Shown one piece after another: positions 1-9,521 of a DNA stretch of 32,000 nucleotides (positions are counted from its first letter, which is position 1; the number at the start of each line of letters is the position of its first letter). This stretch comes from Methylorubrum extorquens (GTDB taxonomy: Bacteria; Pseudomonadota; Alphaproteobacteria; Rhizobiales; Beijerinckiaceae), in contig LT962688.1 of NCBI GenBank assembly GCA_900234795.1, positions 330,001-362,000 on the forward strand. Reading direction: 5' to 3'. The notes below the pieces were generated by a model, which saw only the letters and a list, made by a program, of their open reading frames with translations, searched no databases and was not told the origin of the DNA. Position numbers and translations under genes: made by a program.

Positions 1-275
1 GGGGCGCGGCGCAGGCCACCGCCGCCGGGCTCGCCATCGCCGCCAGCGGCATCCTGCGCGATCTCGGCGCCGCCGTGGCGCAATCGGGCGCGCTCGGCGA
101 GGGCATGAACGAGCCGGCCATCGGCTACCTCATCGTCTACCACGTCGAGATTGCGCTGCTGTTCGCCACGCTGGTCGCGCTCGGCCCGCTCGTGCGCGCG
201 GACGCCGCCGGTTCCATCCGTCCGGACGAGCGGCGTTCCGGTCCGTTCGACCCCCTCGTCAATCGTCCCACCTGA
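1..275 (+). CDS. lhaA: C-terminal fragment of a PucC/LhaA-family light-harvesting 1 assembly membrane protein (5' end lies outside the window; codon phase starts at nt 3)
   Basis: The frame is open from the window edge to TGA at 273-275. The C-terminus is hydrophobic (IGYLIVYHVEIALLFATLVALGPL). It ends 14 nt before puhA, the conserved lhaA-puhA arrangement in purple-bacterial photosynthesis clusters. Confidence 0.6.
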   Translation, partial: GAAQATAAGLAIAASGILRDLGAAVAQSGALGEGMNEPAIGYLIVYHVEIALLFATLVALGPLVRADAAGSIRPDERRSGPFDPLVNRPT

Positions 276-289
276 TCGGGAGGCCTGCC

Positions 290-1063
290 ATGCCCAGAGG
301 CGAGATCACCGGTTACATCGATGTCGCGCAGGTCACGCTCTATGCATTCTGGATCTTCTTCGCAGGCTTGGTCTTCTACCTGCGCCGGGAAGATCGCCGC
401 GAGGGCTATCCGCTGGAGAACGAGGCGGCCGGCCGGCTGAAGAGCCCGGACCCGATTCTGATCCCGACGCCGAAGGCCTTCCACCTGTCGAGCGGCCACA
501 CGATGTACGCGCCGCAGACCAACATCGCCTACGACACCCATGTGCCGAGTGCCCGCCGCGAGGTCTTCCCCGGCGCGCCCTACTTCCGCACGGACACGTC
601 GCTGCAGGCCGGAGTCGGTCCCGGATCCTGGGTCCCGCGCCACGACGAGCACGACCGCACCTGGGACAACGAGTACCGCATCGCCCCCTTGCGCGTCGCC
701 GATGCTTTCGTCGTCCACGAGGACGGACCGAACCCGATCGGCATGCCGGTCTTCGGCGCCGACCGGCAGGTCGCCGGCACCGTCGTCGATCTCTGGCTCG
801 ATCGCGGCGAATCCTTCGTGCGCTACTACGAGGTCGAACTCAGTGCGGGCGGGCGCCGGGTGCTAATGCCGGTGACCTTCTGCACCACCGGCCGCTTCTC
901 CCGCACGGTGAAGACCGAGGCGCTGCTGGCCGAGCAGTTCGCCGACATCCCCGGCACCAAGGATCCGGATTCCGTCACCTTGCGGGAGGAGGAGCGGATC
1001 ATGGCGTATTTCGGCGCCGGCACCCTCTACGCCTCGCCCGCCCGCCAAGAACCCATTCTCTGA
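290..1063 (+). CDS. puhA: Photosynthetic reaction centre H subunit
   Basis: The 257-aa product has one N-terminal TM helix (VTLYAFWIFFAGLVFYLRREDRREGYPLE) followed by a PRC-barrel-like cytoplasmic domain typical of PuhA. A GGGAGG SD precedes the ATG, and puhB/puhC follow. Confidence 0.9.
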   Translation: MPRGEITGYIDVAQVTLYAFWIFFAGLVFYLRREDRREGYPLENEAAGRLKSPDPILIPTPKAFHLSSGHTMYAPQTNIAYDTHVPSARREVFPGAPYFRTDTSLQAGVGPGSWVPRHDEHDRTWDNEYRIAPLRVADAFVVHEDGPNPIGMPVFGADRQVAGTVVDLWLDRGESFVRYYEVELSAGGRRVLMPVTFCTTGRFSRTVKTEALLAEQFADIPGTKDPDSVTLREEERIMAYFGAGTLYASPARQEPIL

Positions 1064-1074
1064 GGGGCGATCCG

Positions 1075-1779
1075 ATGAGCGACTCCGACTTCCTGCCCGA
1101 GGGGACGTTGCGGGGCCTGCCCGGCCCGTTGCCGCCGGGCGAGCGCATCCTGTGGCGCGGCGCCCCGAGCCTCTCCGGCGTGTTGCTGCGCGCCCTCCAC
1201 GCCCGGCTCGTCTTGGTGTGGTTCGCCGGCACCGCCACGGTACTGGCGATTGGCGCCGCCGCGAGCGGAGGGCCGGCGCGGGCGCTCGCCGTCGCGGGCC
1301 CGACCCTGCTGATCGGCCTCGCGGCGCTCGGGCTGCTGAGCTTCCTCGCCTGGCTCGTCCACCGCACCACGGTCTACACGCTGACCGACCGGCGCATGGT
1401 GCTGCATGTCGGCATCGCCCTGCCGATCACCCTCAACCTGCCGCTCACCCGGATCGAGTCGGCGGACCTGCGGCTGTTTTCCGACGGCACCGGCGACATC
1501 CCCCTGCGCCTGCCGCCGGGTGAGCGGGTCGCCTACCTGCATCTCTGGCCGCATGCCCGGCCCTGGCGGGTGAGCCGGCCGGAGCCGATGCTGCGCTCGG
1601 TGCCTGAGGCCCGGAGCGTGGTGGCCCTGCTCGCCCCGGCGCTCGCGGCGCAGACCGAAGGTTCGGCCGGGGCGGCCGCCGAAGGTTTTGCGAAGGGTCC
1701 GACGCGCGCCGTGGAAGCCGCCGCGACCGGGCGTGCGAGCGCTGCTCCCGGCCGCCTCGCGACCGCCGCGGCCCGATAG
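1075..1779 (+). CDS. puhB: Photosynthetic complex assembly protein PuhB
   Basis: An internal ATG at 1075 lies in the 151-1779 ORF, with a GAGGGG SD 8 nt upstream. The product has a PuhB-like N-terminus (LPGPLPPGERILWRGAPS), TM helices and a bPH-like segment (VYTLTDRRMVL). It sits between puhA and puhC. Confidence 0.8.
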   Translation: MSDSDFLPEGTLRGLPGPLPPGERILWRGAPSLSGVLLRALHARLVLVWFAGTATVLAIGAAASGGPARALAVAGPTLLIGLAALGLLSFLAWLVHRTTVYTLTDRRMVLHVGIALPITLNLPLTRIESADLRLFSDGTGDIPLRLPPGERVAYLHLWPHARPWRVSRPEPMLRSVPEARSVVALLAPALAAQTEGSAGAAAEGFAKGPTRAVEAAATGRASAAPGRLATAAAR

Positions 1780-1794
1780 CGGGGAGTGAGACCG

Positions 1795-2265
1795 ATGCCC
1801 GTCGAGCTGAACTTCCGCCGCCCGCCGCAGAAGCCGCGATCCCAGCGGCCGGCGCTTCTGGCCGTCGCGGCCCTGCTCGCGGTGGCGATTGTTGCCGTCG
1901 CCCTCGGTCGCGGTCAGGGGACCGAGCCGCAGATACCGTCCGCCCACCCGGTTCAAAAGCTCGCCTTCCACGCCGAGGACCAGCCGGACGGCGCCATCGA
2001 CCTGCGCGAGGCCAGCGACGGGAAACTGGTCGCCCGGATCGAGCCGGGACAGGACGGCTTCATCCGCGGCACGCTGCGCGGGCTCGCCCAGGCTCGGCAG
2101 AGGGTAGGCCTGAGCCGCGAGCCTCCGTTCACCCTCACGCGATTCGACAACGGCACGTTGTCGTTGGAGGATGGCGCCACCGGGCGGAACGTGCCGCTGC
2201 TGGCCTTCGGCCCTTCGAACGCGAAGGCCTTCGCCCGCCTGTTGCCCGGCACGGAGCTGCGGTGA
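1795..2265 (+). CDS. puhC: Photosynthetic complex assembly protein PuhC
   Basis: The product is 156 aa from ATG 1795 (GGGGAG SD 8 nt upstream); an in-frame GTG at 1786 is an alternative start. It has a single N-terminal TM anchor plus a soluble domain, in the conserved position after puhB. Confidence 0.75.
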   Translation: MPVELNFRRPPQKPRSQRPALLAVAALLAVAIVAVALGRGQGTEPQIPSAHPVQKLAFHAEDQPDGAIDLREASDGKLVARIEPGQDGFIRGTLRGLAQARQRVGLSREPPFTLTRFDNGTLSLEDGATGRNVPLLAFGPSNAKAFARLLPGTELR

Positions 2266-2294
2266 TGGCCGTAGCGGACAGAAGGGAGGCGGAC

Positions 2295-2591
2295 ATGGCC
2301 TGGATCGGCAAGACGGTCGTCGAAGTGCCCTGCACCGTCGAGATCGAGCAGACGCCGGAGAGCCTGCACGCGCATGTGACGCTCGACGGCGGGTTCGAGA
2401 TCGAGCCCGGGGACGAGGTTCAGGTCCACGACGCGCCGACCGAGGTGCCCTACGGCGAGCGCCTCACCGTACGCCGCACCGCCACCGTCACCCGCGCAGG
2501 CCGGCTGGAGCGGGCCTGGACCAAGCTGATCGCCCATCTCGAGCTGACCGAGCTCTACGAGGTGAGCTTTTCCGAACGGAGGAAGCTGTGA
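2295..2591 (+). CDS. Conserved hypothetical protein embedded in the puh operon (98 aa from ATG 2295; alternative starts at 2262 and 2265 overlap the puhC stop)
   Basis: GC3 is high and a strong AGGGAGG SD lies 7 nt upstream of ATG 2295. Its stop TGA (2589-2591) overlaps the acsF GTG start (2588-2590) as GTGA. I recognise no domain. Confidence 0.6.
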   Translation: MAWIGKTVVEVPCTVEIEQTPESLHAHVTLDGGFEIEPGDEVQVHDAPTEVPYGERLTVRRTATVTRAGRLERAWTKLIAHLELTELYEVSFSERRKL

Positions 2592-3682
2592 ACGCCAACG
2601 TCCAGCCCCAACCGGCGACGGGAGCTCCGTTCCCGCGCCAGCCGCTCAACGACTCGACCAAGAGCGCGCAGCAGACGACGTTTCTGAGCCCGCGCTTCTA
2701 CACCACCGATTTCGACGAGCTCGACCGCACCGATGTCGAGCCCGTGCGCCGCGAATGGGACATCCTGATCGAGGAGCTCCGCTCGGACCCGAACAAGCGC
2801 CACTTCGTGCGCAACGAGGAGTTCGATTGCGACCTCGCCGAGATGGACCCGGAGCTGCGCAAGGAGTTCCTCGACTTCCTCGTCTCCTCGATCACCGCCG
2901 AGTTCTCGGGCTGCGTGCTCTACGCGGAAATGCGCAAGCGCGCCAAGAACAAGGACATCAAGGAGCTGTTCGGCTTCATGAGCCGCGACGAGGCGCGCCA
3001 TGCCGGCTTCATCAACGACACGCTGAAGGATTTCGGCGTCGGCGTCGATCTCGGCTTCCTGACCAAGGCGAAGAAGTACACGTTCTTCAAACCGAAGTTC
3101 ATCTTCTACGCGACCTACCTGTCGGAGAAGATCGGCTACGCCCGCTACATCACGATCTACCGCGAGTTGGAGCGGCATCCCGAGCGGCGCATCCACCCGA
3201 TCTTCAAATGGTTCGAGAAGTGGTGCAACGACGAGTTCCGCCACGGCGAGGCGTTCGCGCTGCTCATGCGGGCCAACCCGAAGCTGACGACTGGGGTCAA
3301 CCGCTACTGGATTCGCTTCTTCCTGCTGGCGGTGTTCGCGACGATGTATGTCCGCGACCATTGCCGCCCGGCCTTCCACAAGGCGCTCGGGGTCGATCCG
3401 ACCGACTACGATTTCAAGGTCTTCCAAATCACCTCCGAGATCTCGAAACAGACCTTCCCGATCACCCTCGATCTCGACGATCCGCGCTTCAAGGCGGGGC
3501 TCGACCGGCTGCTGGTCTGCGCCGACAAGATCGCCGCCGCCAAGGCGGCAGGCGGCCTGTCGGGCAAGCTCAAGCACGGTGCCCAGACCCTGGTCGCGGC
3601 GGCGACCTTCGCGCGGCTCTACCTCTTGCCGGTCAAGCAGAACGCGATGCCGGCCGACATCCGCCTCGATCCGGTCTGGTAG
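2588..3682 (+). CDS. acsF: Aerobic Mg-protoporphyrin IX monomethyl ester oxidative cyclase
   Basis: The translation contains [13 protein letters not shown] and two di-iron E-x-x-R-H motifs ([20 protein letters not shown]). The GTG start has a GGAGGAAG SD. The product is 364 aa. Confidence 0.93.
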   Translation: MNANVQPQPATGAPFPRQPLNDSTKSAQQTTFLSPRFYTTDFDELDRTDVEPVRREWDILIEELRSDPNKRHFVRNEEFDCDLAEMDPELRKEFLDFLVSSITAEFSGCVLYAEMRKRAKNKDIKELFGFMSRDEARHAGFINDTLKDFGVGVDLGFLTKAKKYTFFKPKFIFYATYLSEKIGYARYITIYRELERHPERRIHPIFKWFEKWCNDEFRHGEAFALLMRANPKLTTGVNRYWIRFFLLAVFATMYVRDHCRPAFHKALGVDPTDYDFKVFQITSEISKQTFPITLDLDDPRFKAGLDRLLVCADKIAAAKAAGGLSGKLKHGAQTLVAAATFARLYLLPVKQNAMPADIRLDPVW

Positions 3683-3683
3683 C

Positions 3684-4493
3684 ATGGGCGTCTACGCCGT
3701 TCCGGCGCTCTACGCCGTCCTGCTGTGGTGGTCGGCCACCGGGCTGGTGCTGGTGCTCCAGCACCTGCCGCGGCGGACGCATGCCCGCAGCATGGTCGCG
3801 GCGAGCGCCGTCCTGGCCGGCGCGCTCTGGACCATCCGCGCGGTCGCGGATGACGACACGGAGACGGGCGCCTATCTCGGCTTCACCGCCGCGGTCATCG
3901 TCTGGGGCTGGCAGGAGATGAGCTACTATATGGGCTTCATCTCCGGCCCGAAGCCCGCCGCCTGTGCGCCGAACCTGCGCGGGTTCGACCGCTTCTTCGC
4001 GGCGCTCGCCACCAGCCTGTGGCACGAATTCGCGATCCTGATCGGCGGGCTCGCCATCCTCTGCCTCACCTGGGGGGAAGGGAACCGGGTCGCGCTCTGG
4101 ACCTACGCCCTGCTCACGCTGATGAACGCCTCGGCGCGGCTCAACCTGTTCCTCGGCGTGCGCAACCTCCACGCCGAGTTCCTGCCGCCGCATCTCGGCT
4201 ATCTCGCCTGTTATCTGAGCCGGCGGCCGATGAACCCGCTGTTTCCGCTCTCGGTGACGCTGGGCACCGCCGCGACGGTTCTGCTTGCCCGCGGCGCGCT
4301 CGGGGACGCGGCCACGCCGCAGACAGTGACGGGCTTTGCCCTGCTCGCGACGCTCGCCGCGCTCGCCACCCTGGAGCATTGGTTCCTGATGCTGCCGCTG
4401 CCCTCGGCGGCGCTGTGGAACTGGAGCCTTCCGGGGCGCACCGCGCCAACGGCGGCCGAGATGCCTGAAACCCGGGCAGTGCAGCGCGAATGA
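3684..4493 (+). CDS. puhE: Photosynthetic complex assembly membrane protein PuhE
   Basis: The 269-aa polytopic membrane protein starts 1 nt after the acsF stop. The acsF-puhE adjacency is typical of photosynthesis gene clusters. Confidence 0.8.
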   Translation: MGVYAVPALYAVLLWWSATGLVLVLQHLPRRTHARSMVAASAVLAGALWTIRAVADDDTETGAYLGFTAAVIVWGWQEMSYYMGFISGPKPAACAPNLRGFDRFFAALATSLWHEFAILIGGLAILCLTWGEGNRVALWTYALLTLMNASARLNLFLGVRNLHAEFLPPHLGYLACYLSRRPMNPLFPLSVTLGTAATVLLARGALGDAATPQTVTGFALLATLAALATLEHWFLMLPLPSAALWNWSLPGRTAPTAAEMPETRAVQRE

Positions 4494-4548
4494 GGTGAGA
4501 CGGACGCAAGATCCGCCCACCGGCATCATCTTCTTCGGGGAGGACGGC

Positions 4549-5766
4549 ATGGATTACGAAGCGTTCTTCGGCAATGCGATCACCGGCCTCCACCGGGAGG
4601 GGCGCTACCGCGTCTTCACCGATCTGGAGCGGCAGGCGGGGCGGTTTCCCTACGCGACGCATCACAGCCCCGGCGGCGCGCGTGACGTCACCGTCTGGTG
4701 CTCCAACGACTATCTCGGCATGGGCCAGCATCCGTCGGTGCTGCAAGCGATGCACGAGGCGATCGACCGTTGCGGGGCCGGCGCGGGCGGTACCCGCAAC
4801 ATCTCCGGCACCAACCATTATCACGTGCTCTTGGAGCAGGAACTCGCCGACCTCCACGGAAAGGAAGCGGCGCTGATCTTCTCCTCCGGCTACGTCTCGA
4901 ACTGGGCGGCGCTCGGCACACTCGCCTCGAAGCTGCCAGGCTGCGTCGTCTTCTCCGACGAGGGCAACCACGCCTCGATGATCGAGGGCATCCGTTCGAG
5001 CCGGGCCGAACGCCAGATCTTCCGCCACAACGATCCGGAGGATCTGGACCGCAAGCTCGGGCTGATCGAGCCGGGCCGGGCCAAGCTCGTCGCCTTCGAG
5101 TCGGTCTATTCGATGGATGGCGACATCGCCCCGATCGACGAGATCTGCGACGTGGCCGAGGCGCACGGGGCGCTCACCTATCTCGACGAGGTGCACGCGG
5201 TCGGCCTCTACGGTGCGCGGGGCGGCGGCATCTCGGAGCGGATGGGGCTCGCCCACCGGCTCGACGTGATCGAGGGAACGCTCGGCAAAGCGTTCGCCGT
5301 CCATGGCGGCTACATCACCGGCTCGACGCAGCTCTGCGACTTCGTGCGCAGCTTCGCCTCGGGCTTCATCTTCACGACCTCGCTGCCGCCGGCGGTCGCG
5401 GCCGGCGCGGCGGCGAGCATCCGCCACCTCAAGGCGAGCCGTGTCGAGCGGGCGCGGCATCAGGAGCGGGTGGTGCGGGTCCGGCACGCGCTGGATGCGG
5501 CGGGCATCCCGACTTTGGCCAACCGCAGCCATATCGTGCCGGTGATGGTTTGCGATCCCGTGCTGTGCAAGGCGATCAGCGATACCCTGCTCGACGAGTT
5601 CGGCATCTACGTGCAGCCGATCAACTACCCGACCGTGCCGCGCGGGACGGAGCGCCTGCGGATCACGCCGTCGCCGCTGCATTCGAATGCCGACATCGAC
5701 CATCTGGTGGACGCGCTGAGCACGATCTGGCGGCGGATCGGGCTGAGCAAGGCGGCGGCGGAGTAG
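4549..5766 (+). CDS. hemA: 5-aminolevulinate synthase (PLP-dependent)
   Basis: The translation shows [19 protein letters not shown], a PLP-lysine context (GTLGKAF) and [19 protein letters not shown]. The product is 405 aa from ATG 4549, with a GGGGAGGA SD. Confidence 0.93.
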   Translation: MDYEAFFGNAITGLHREGRYRVFTDLERQAGRFPYATHHSPGGARDVTVWCSNDYLGMGQHPSVLQAMHEAIDRCGAGAGGTRNISGTNHYHVLLEQELADLHGKEAALIFSSGYVSNWAALGTLASKLPGCVVFSDEGNHASMIEGIRSSRAERQIFRHNDPEDLDRKLGLIEPGRAKLVAFESVYSMDGDIAPIDEICDVAEAHGALTYLDEVHAVGLYGARGGGISERMGLAHRLDVIEGTLGKAFAVHGGYITGSTQLCDFVRSFASGFIFTTSLPPAVAAGAAASIRHLKASRVERARHQERVVRVRHALDAAGIPTLANRSHIVPVMVCDPVLCKAISDTLLDEFGIYVQPINYPTVPRGTERLRITPSPLHSNADIDHLVDALSTIWRRIGLSKAAAE

Positions 5767-5782
5767 GGCGCCCGCGCCCTAC
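5763..5782. terminator. Perfect 8-bp stem / 4-nt loop palindrome (GTAGGGCG-CCCG-CGCCCTAC) shared by two convergent genes
   Basis: Read directly from the sequence. The hemA TAG (5764-5766) lies in one arm and the TAG of the minus-strand ORF (5779-5781) in the other. There is no clean U-tract. Confidence 0.45.
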
Positions 5783-6051
5783 ATCTTCTTCTCAAGCGCG
5801 GCCTTTACCTGCATGAGCTGATCCCACACCACGCCGGGGCTCGTGCCCATCGCCTCAAGGACCGCGTTCACGCCCCAGAACAGGCCGAACAGGATCACCG
5901 GCACCAGGATCCAGCCGAGAATCTCCTCGCCGCGATGACGCGACTTGCGGCGGCGGCGGCGTCTCTCGCGGGACGTCAGCGGCTTCGGCCGCGCCGGAGC
6001 CGGCTGTGGCGCGACAGGCGTGAGGGGCTCCTCCTGCGCGTCGCTCGTCAT
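5779..6051 (-). CDS. Small single-pass membrane protein (90 aa) downstream of clpA
   Basis: GC3 is high. The ATG at 6051 is preceded by a GGGGG run. The product has a Pro-rich N-terminus, an Arg-rich block (RERRRRRRKSRHR) and then one TM helix (ILGWILVPVILFGLFWGV). Confidence 0.6.
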   Translation of the reverse strand: MTSDAQEEPLTPVAPQPAPARPKPLTSRERRRRRRKSRHRGEEILGWILVPVILFGLFWGVNAVLEAMGTSPGVVWDQLMQVKAALEKKM

Positions 6052-6186
6052 GCTACCCCCATTGCTGGCCGATACCGGCCCCTCTGGCAGAGCGCGGCGC
6101 CGCCCATATCCGGGAGCCGGCGCAGGAACGCAACCCGCGCCGGCCTCGAAGGCCACTCACTCTTGCGAATGAGCGGCCACGCACTG

Positions 6187-8670
6187 TCAGACTTTCAGCG
6201 GCACCTTCGGCACGGTGCGGACGGAGCCGCCACCGGAGGATCCACCGCCGGACGGACCACCGTCACGCTTGGCCGCCTTCTTGCGCGGGGCCGAACGTGG
6301 CTTCGAGCGCTTGCGCTTGGCCGCGTTGGCGACGTCCGTCTCCGGCTTCGGGGTAACCGGTCCGGCGGGGAACTCGAAACCGAGTTCCGCCTTGCCCTTG
6401 CCGTCCTCGGCCTCCGGCTTCTTCAGCACCACCTTGACGGCCCCGCCGTCCTTGAGGCGTCCGAACAGCACCTCGTCGGCGAGCGGCGTCTTGATCGTGG
6501 ATTGGATCAGACGGGCCATGGGGCGTGCGCCCATCGCGTCGTCGTAGCCGTTCTCCACGAGCCATTCGCGGGCCTCGTCCGACAGCTCGATCGTGACGTT
6601 GCGGTCGGCGAGCTGCGCTTCGAGCTGGAGCACGAACTTGTCGACGACTTTGGCCACGACCTCCTTCGGCAGGTGGCCGAACGAGATGATCGCGTCGAGG
6701 CGGTTGCGGAATTCCGGCGCGAACAGCCGGTTGATCGCCTCGACATCGTCGCCCGTGCGCTTCGACTGCGTGAAGCCGTAGGCCGACTTCGCCAGATCGG
6801 AGGCGCCCGCATTCGACGTCATGATGATGATGACGTTACGGAAATCGACCTGCTTGCCGTTGTGGTCGGTCAGCTTGCCGTGATCCATCACCTGCAACAG
6901 GATGTTGAACAGGTCCGGATGCGCCTTCTCGATCTCGTCGAGCAGGAGCACGCAGTGCGGGTGCTGGTCGATCCCGTCGGTGAGCAGGCCGCCCTGATCG
7001 AAGCCGACATAGCCGGGCGGGGCACCGATCAGCCGCGAGACCGTGTGGCGCTCCATGTATTCCGACATGTCGAACCGCAGCATCTCGACGCCGAGGCTGG
7101 CGGCAAGCTGCTTGGCCGCTTCGGTCTTACCGACGCCGGTCGGGCCGGCGAACAGGTAGGAGCCGATCGGCTTGTCGGGATCGCGCAGGCCCGCACGGGC
7201 GAGCTTGATCGCCGAGGTCAGCGCCTCGATGGCGTTGGTCTGGCCGTAGACGACCCGCTTGAGGTTCTCAGTGAGGTTCTTGAGAACCACCGCGTCGTCC
7301 TTCGACACGGTTTTCGGCGGGATGCGCGCCATCGTGGCGATGGTGGTCTCGATCTCCTTGACGCCGATGGTGCGCTTGCGGCGCGCCTCCGGCACCAGCA
7401 TCTGCGAGGCGCCGGTCTCGTCGATCACGTCGATCGCCTTGTCGGGCAGCTTGCGGTCGTTGATGTAGCGGGCCGACAGCTCCACCGCCGCTTTCACGGC
7501 CTCGGTGGTGTATTTGAGCTTGTGGAACTCCTCGAAATACGGCTTCAGCCCCTTGAGGATCTCGATCGTATCCGGGATCGACGGCTCGTTGACGTCGATC
7601 TTCTGGAAGCGGCGCACCAGGGCGCGATCCTTCTCGAAGTACTGGCGGTACTCCTTGTAGGTGGTCGAGCCGATGCAGCGCAGGGCACCCGAGGCCAGAG
7701 CGGGCTTCAACAGGTTCGAGGCATCCATCGCGCCGCCCGAGGTCGCACCCGCACCGATCACGGTGTGGATCTCGTCGATGAACATGATGGCGTTGGGATG
7801 CGCCTCGATCTCCTTCATCACCTGCTTGAGGCGCTCCTCGAAGTCGCCGCGGTAGCGGGTGCCGGCCAGCAGCGTGCCCATGTCGAGGGAGAACACCGTC
7901 GCGTCGGCCAGAACTTCCGGCACCTCGTGCTGGATGATCTTACGCGCGAGCCCTTCGGCGATCGCCGTCTTGCCGACGCCAGGGTCGCCGACCAGCAGCG
8001 GATTGTTCTTCTGGCGGCGGCAGAGCACCTGAATCGTGCGCTCGACCTCGGAATGGCGGCCGATCAGCGGGTCGATCTTGCCGTCGCGCGCCTTCTTGTT
8101 GAGGTTGACGCAGTAGGCGTCGAGCGCATCGCCCTTCTTCTTGGGCCGCGCCTCGGTCTCCTCGCCGCCCGGACGCTCGGACGCGGCCTCTTCCTCGGCG
8201 CCGCGCACAGGCTTGGCCTCTGACGCGCCGGGCCGCTTGGCGATGCCGTGGCTGATGTAGTTCACCGCGTCGTAGCGGGTCATGTCCTGCTCTTGCAGGA
8301 AATAGGCGGCGTGGCTCTCGCGCTCGGCGAAGATCGCGACGAGCACGTTGGCGCCGGTCACCTCCTCGCGACCCGAGGACTGGACGTGAATCACCGCACG
8401 CTGGATGACCCGCTGGAAGCCAGCGGTCGGCTTGGCGTCCTGGCGCCCGTCGCCCGTCAGATTCGAGAGTTCGGTGTCGACGTATTCGACAAGATTGCGG
8501 CGCAGTACGTCGGTCTCGACGTTGCAGGCCCGCATCACCGCGGCAGCATCCTGATCATCGACGAGAGCGAGCAGGAGATGTTCGAGGGTCGCGTATTCGT
8601 GGCGGCGCTCTCCGGCCAAGGCCAGGGCGCGGTGGAGGGCTTGCTCGAGGCTACGTGAGAAGCTGGGCAA
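6187..8670 (-). CDS. clpA: ATP-dependent Clp protease ATP-binding subunit ClpA
   Basis: The 827-aa product has a Clp N-domain and two AAA+ modules with Walker A motifs GDPGVGKT and GPTGVGKT. It lies immediately downstream of clpS. Confidence 0.97.
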   Translation of the reverse strand: MPSFSRSLEQALHRALALAGERRHEYATLEHLLLALVDDQDAAAVMRACNVETDVLRRNLVEYVDTELSNLTGDGRQDAKPTAGFQRVIQRAVIHVQSSGREEVTGANVLVAIFAERESHAAYFLQEQDMTRYDAVNYISHGIAKRPGASEAKPVRGAEEEAASERPGGEETEARPKKKGDALDAYCVNLNKKARDGKIDPLIGRHSEVERTIQVLCRRQKNNPLLVGDPGVGKTAIAEGLARKIIQHEVPEVLADATVFSLDMGTLLAGTRYRGDFEERLKQVMKEIEAHPNAIMFIDEIHTVIGAGATSGGAMDASNLLKPALASGALRCIGSTTYKEYRQYFEKDRALVRRFQKIDVNEPSIPDTIEILKGLKPYFEEFHKLKYTTEAVKAAVELSARYINDRKLPDKAIDVIDETGASQMLVPEARRKRTIGVKEIETTIATMARIPPKTVSKDDAVVLKNLTENLKRVVYGQTNAIEALTSAIKLARAGLRDPDKPIGSYLFAGPTGVGKTEAAKQLAASLGVEMLRFDMSEYMERHTVSRLIGAPPGYVGFDQGGLLTDGIDQHPHCVLLLDEIEKAHPDLFNILLQVMDHGKLTDHNGKQVDFRNVIIIMTSNAGASDLAKSAYGFTQSKRTGDDVEAINRLFAPEFRNRLDAIISFGHLPKEVVAKVVDKFVLQLEAQLADRNVTIELSDEAREWLVENGYDDAMGARPMARLIQSTIKTPLADEVLFGRLKDGGAVKVVLKKPEAEDGKGKAELGFEFPAGPVTPKPETDVANAAKRKRSKPRSAPRKKAAKRDGGPSGGGSSGGGSVRTVPKVPLKV

Positions 8671-8692
8671 TGCTCTGGCCTTCGCTGGATGC

Positions 8693-9088
8693 CTATTTCT
8701 TTTCCATAACGCACTGAAGCGGATGTTGGTGCTTGCGGGCGAAATCCATCACCTGCGTCACTTTCGTTTCCGCGACCTCGTAGGTGAACACGCCGCACTC
8801 CCCCACACCATTGTGGTGGACGTGCATCATGATCTGGTAGGCGTCGTCGTGGCTCTTGTTGAAGAACCGCTCCACGACATGCACGACGAATTCCATCGGC
8901 GTGTAATCGTCGTTGAGCAGCAGCACGCGGTACAGGCTCGGTCGCTTCGCCCGCGGCTTGGTGCGGGTGATGATCGCGGTGCCCGAACGGTCGTCGTCGC
9001 CGGGGCTGCGCGGTGTTGAGGCCGCACGCACCGGAACTCGTCCCCGACCCGCCTCCTGCACGTTGTCCTGAATCAGCTTGGAAGACAT
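8693..9088 (-). CDS. clpS: ClpA adaptor / N-degron recognin ClpS
   Basis: The core sequence [24 protein letters not shown]...[19 protein letters not shown] is typical of ClpS. The ATG at 9088 gives 131 aa. The upstream extension of the 195-aa ORF is Arg-rich and not protein-like. Confidence 0.93.
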   Translation of the reverse strand: MSSKLIQDNVQEAGRGRVPVRAASTPRSPGDDDRSGTAIITRTKPRAKRPSLYRVLLLNDDYTPMEFVVHVVERFFNKSHDDAYQIMMHVHHNGVGECGVFTYEVAETKVTQVMDFARKHQHPLQCVMEKK

Positions 9089-9521
9089 CTGAATCGAAGC
9101 GACCTTGGTCTGGCAGCCTTCGGCGCCAGCGTCCCGGTGAGGGGCGCGGCGCTCAACAGGCAATCTATAGGCCGATCGGCGCCTGCGCCAGTGAGGTGCG
9201 CGAAACTGTCCGTACAGATTGAACGCGCGGCCAGCCCTGCGCCCACGCGCGAAATGCGGCGCGGCCGTCTTTGGATCCAATGACGAAACGCCGCACGGCG
9301 GACCCTACGCAAGCGACGCCGGCCTTCCCGAGCGGGTCTCGTCAAGATCGGCTTAACCCCTGTGGCGAAAGGACGATCTCGCACCCGCATCGGCCGGCAT
9401 TAACGGCCGCGTAACCGCGTTCATCCTACCGTCTTCGACAGAGATTGCGGACCCGATGGCGGCGTTCGTGAAGGGTGCCAGCCGGGCTTGAACGTCCGAC
9501 TGTCGAGGCGAAGGTTTCGAG

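Noticed and set aside
151-1074. The N-terminal 308 aa of the 542-aa ORF 151-1779, which overlaps puhA in another frame.
   Set aside because: That part is Arg/Pro-rich and not protein-like, whereas puhA in the other frame is unmistakable. The real gene (puhB) starts at the internal ATG 1075, which has an SD.
5935-8223. A 762-aa ORF antisense to clpA. Similar long antisense or out-of-frame ORFs occur at 2555-3685, 4141-5703, 9426-11120, 15366-17663, 17629-19335, 19338-21083, 21852-23387, 23387-24793, 24812-26422 and 28760-30502.
   Set aside because: Their translations are Arg/Gly/Asp/His-rich low-complexity strings with no motifs. They mirror unambiguous genes (clpA, mcmA, groEL and others). 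Stop-poor antisense frames are expected when GC3 is very high.
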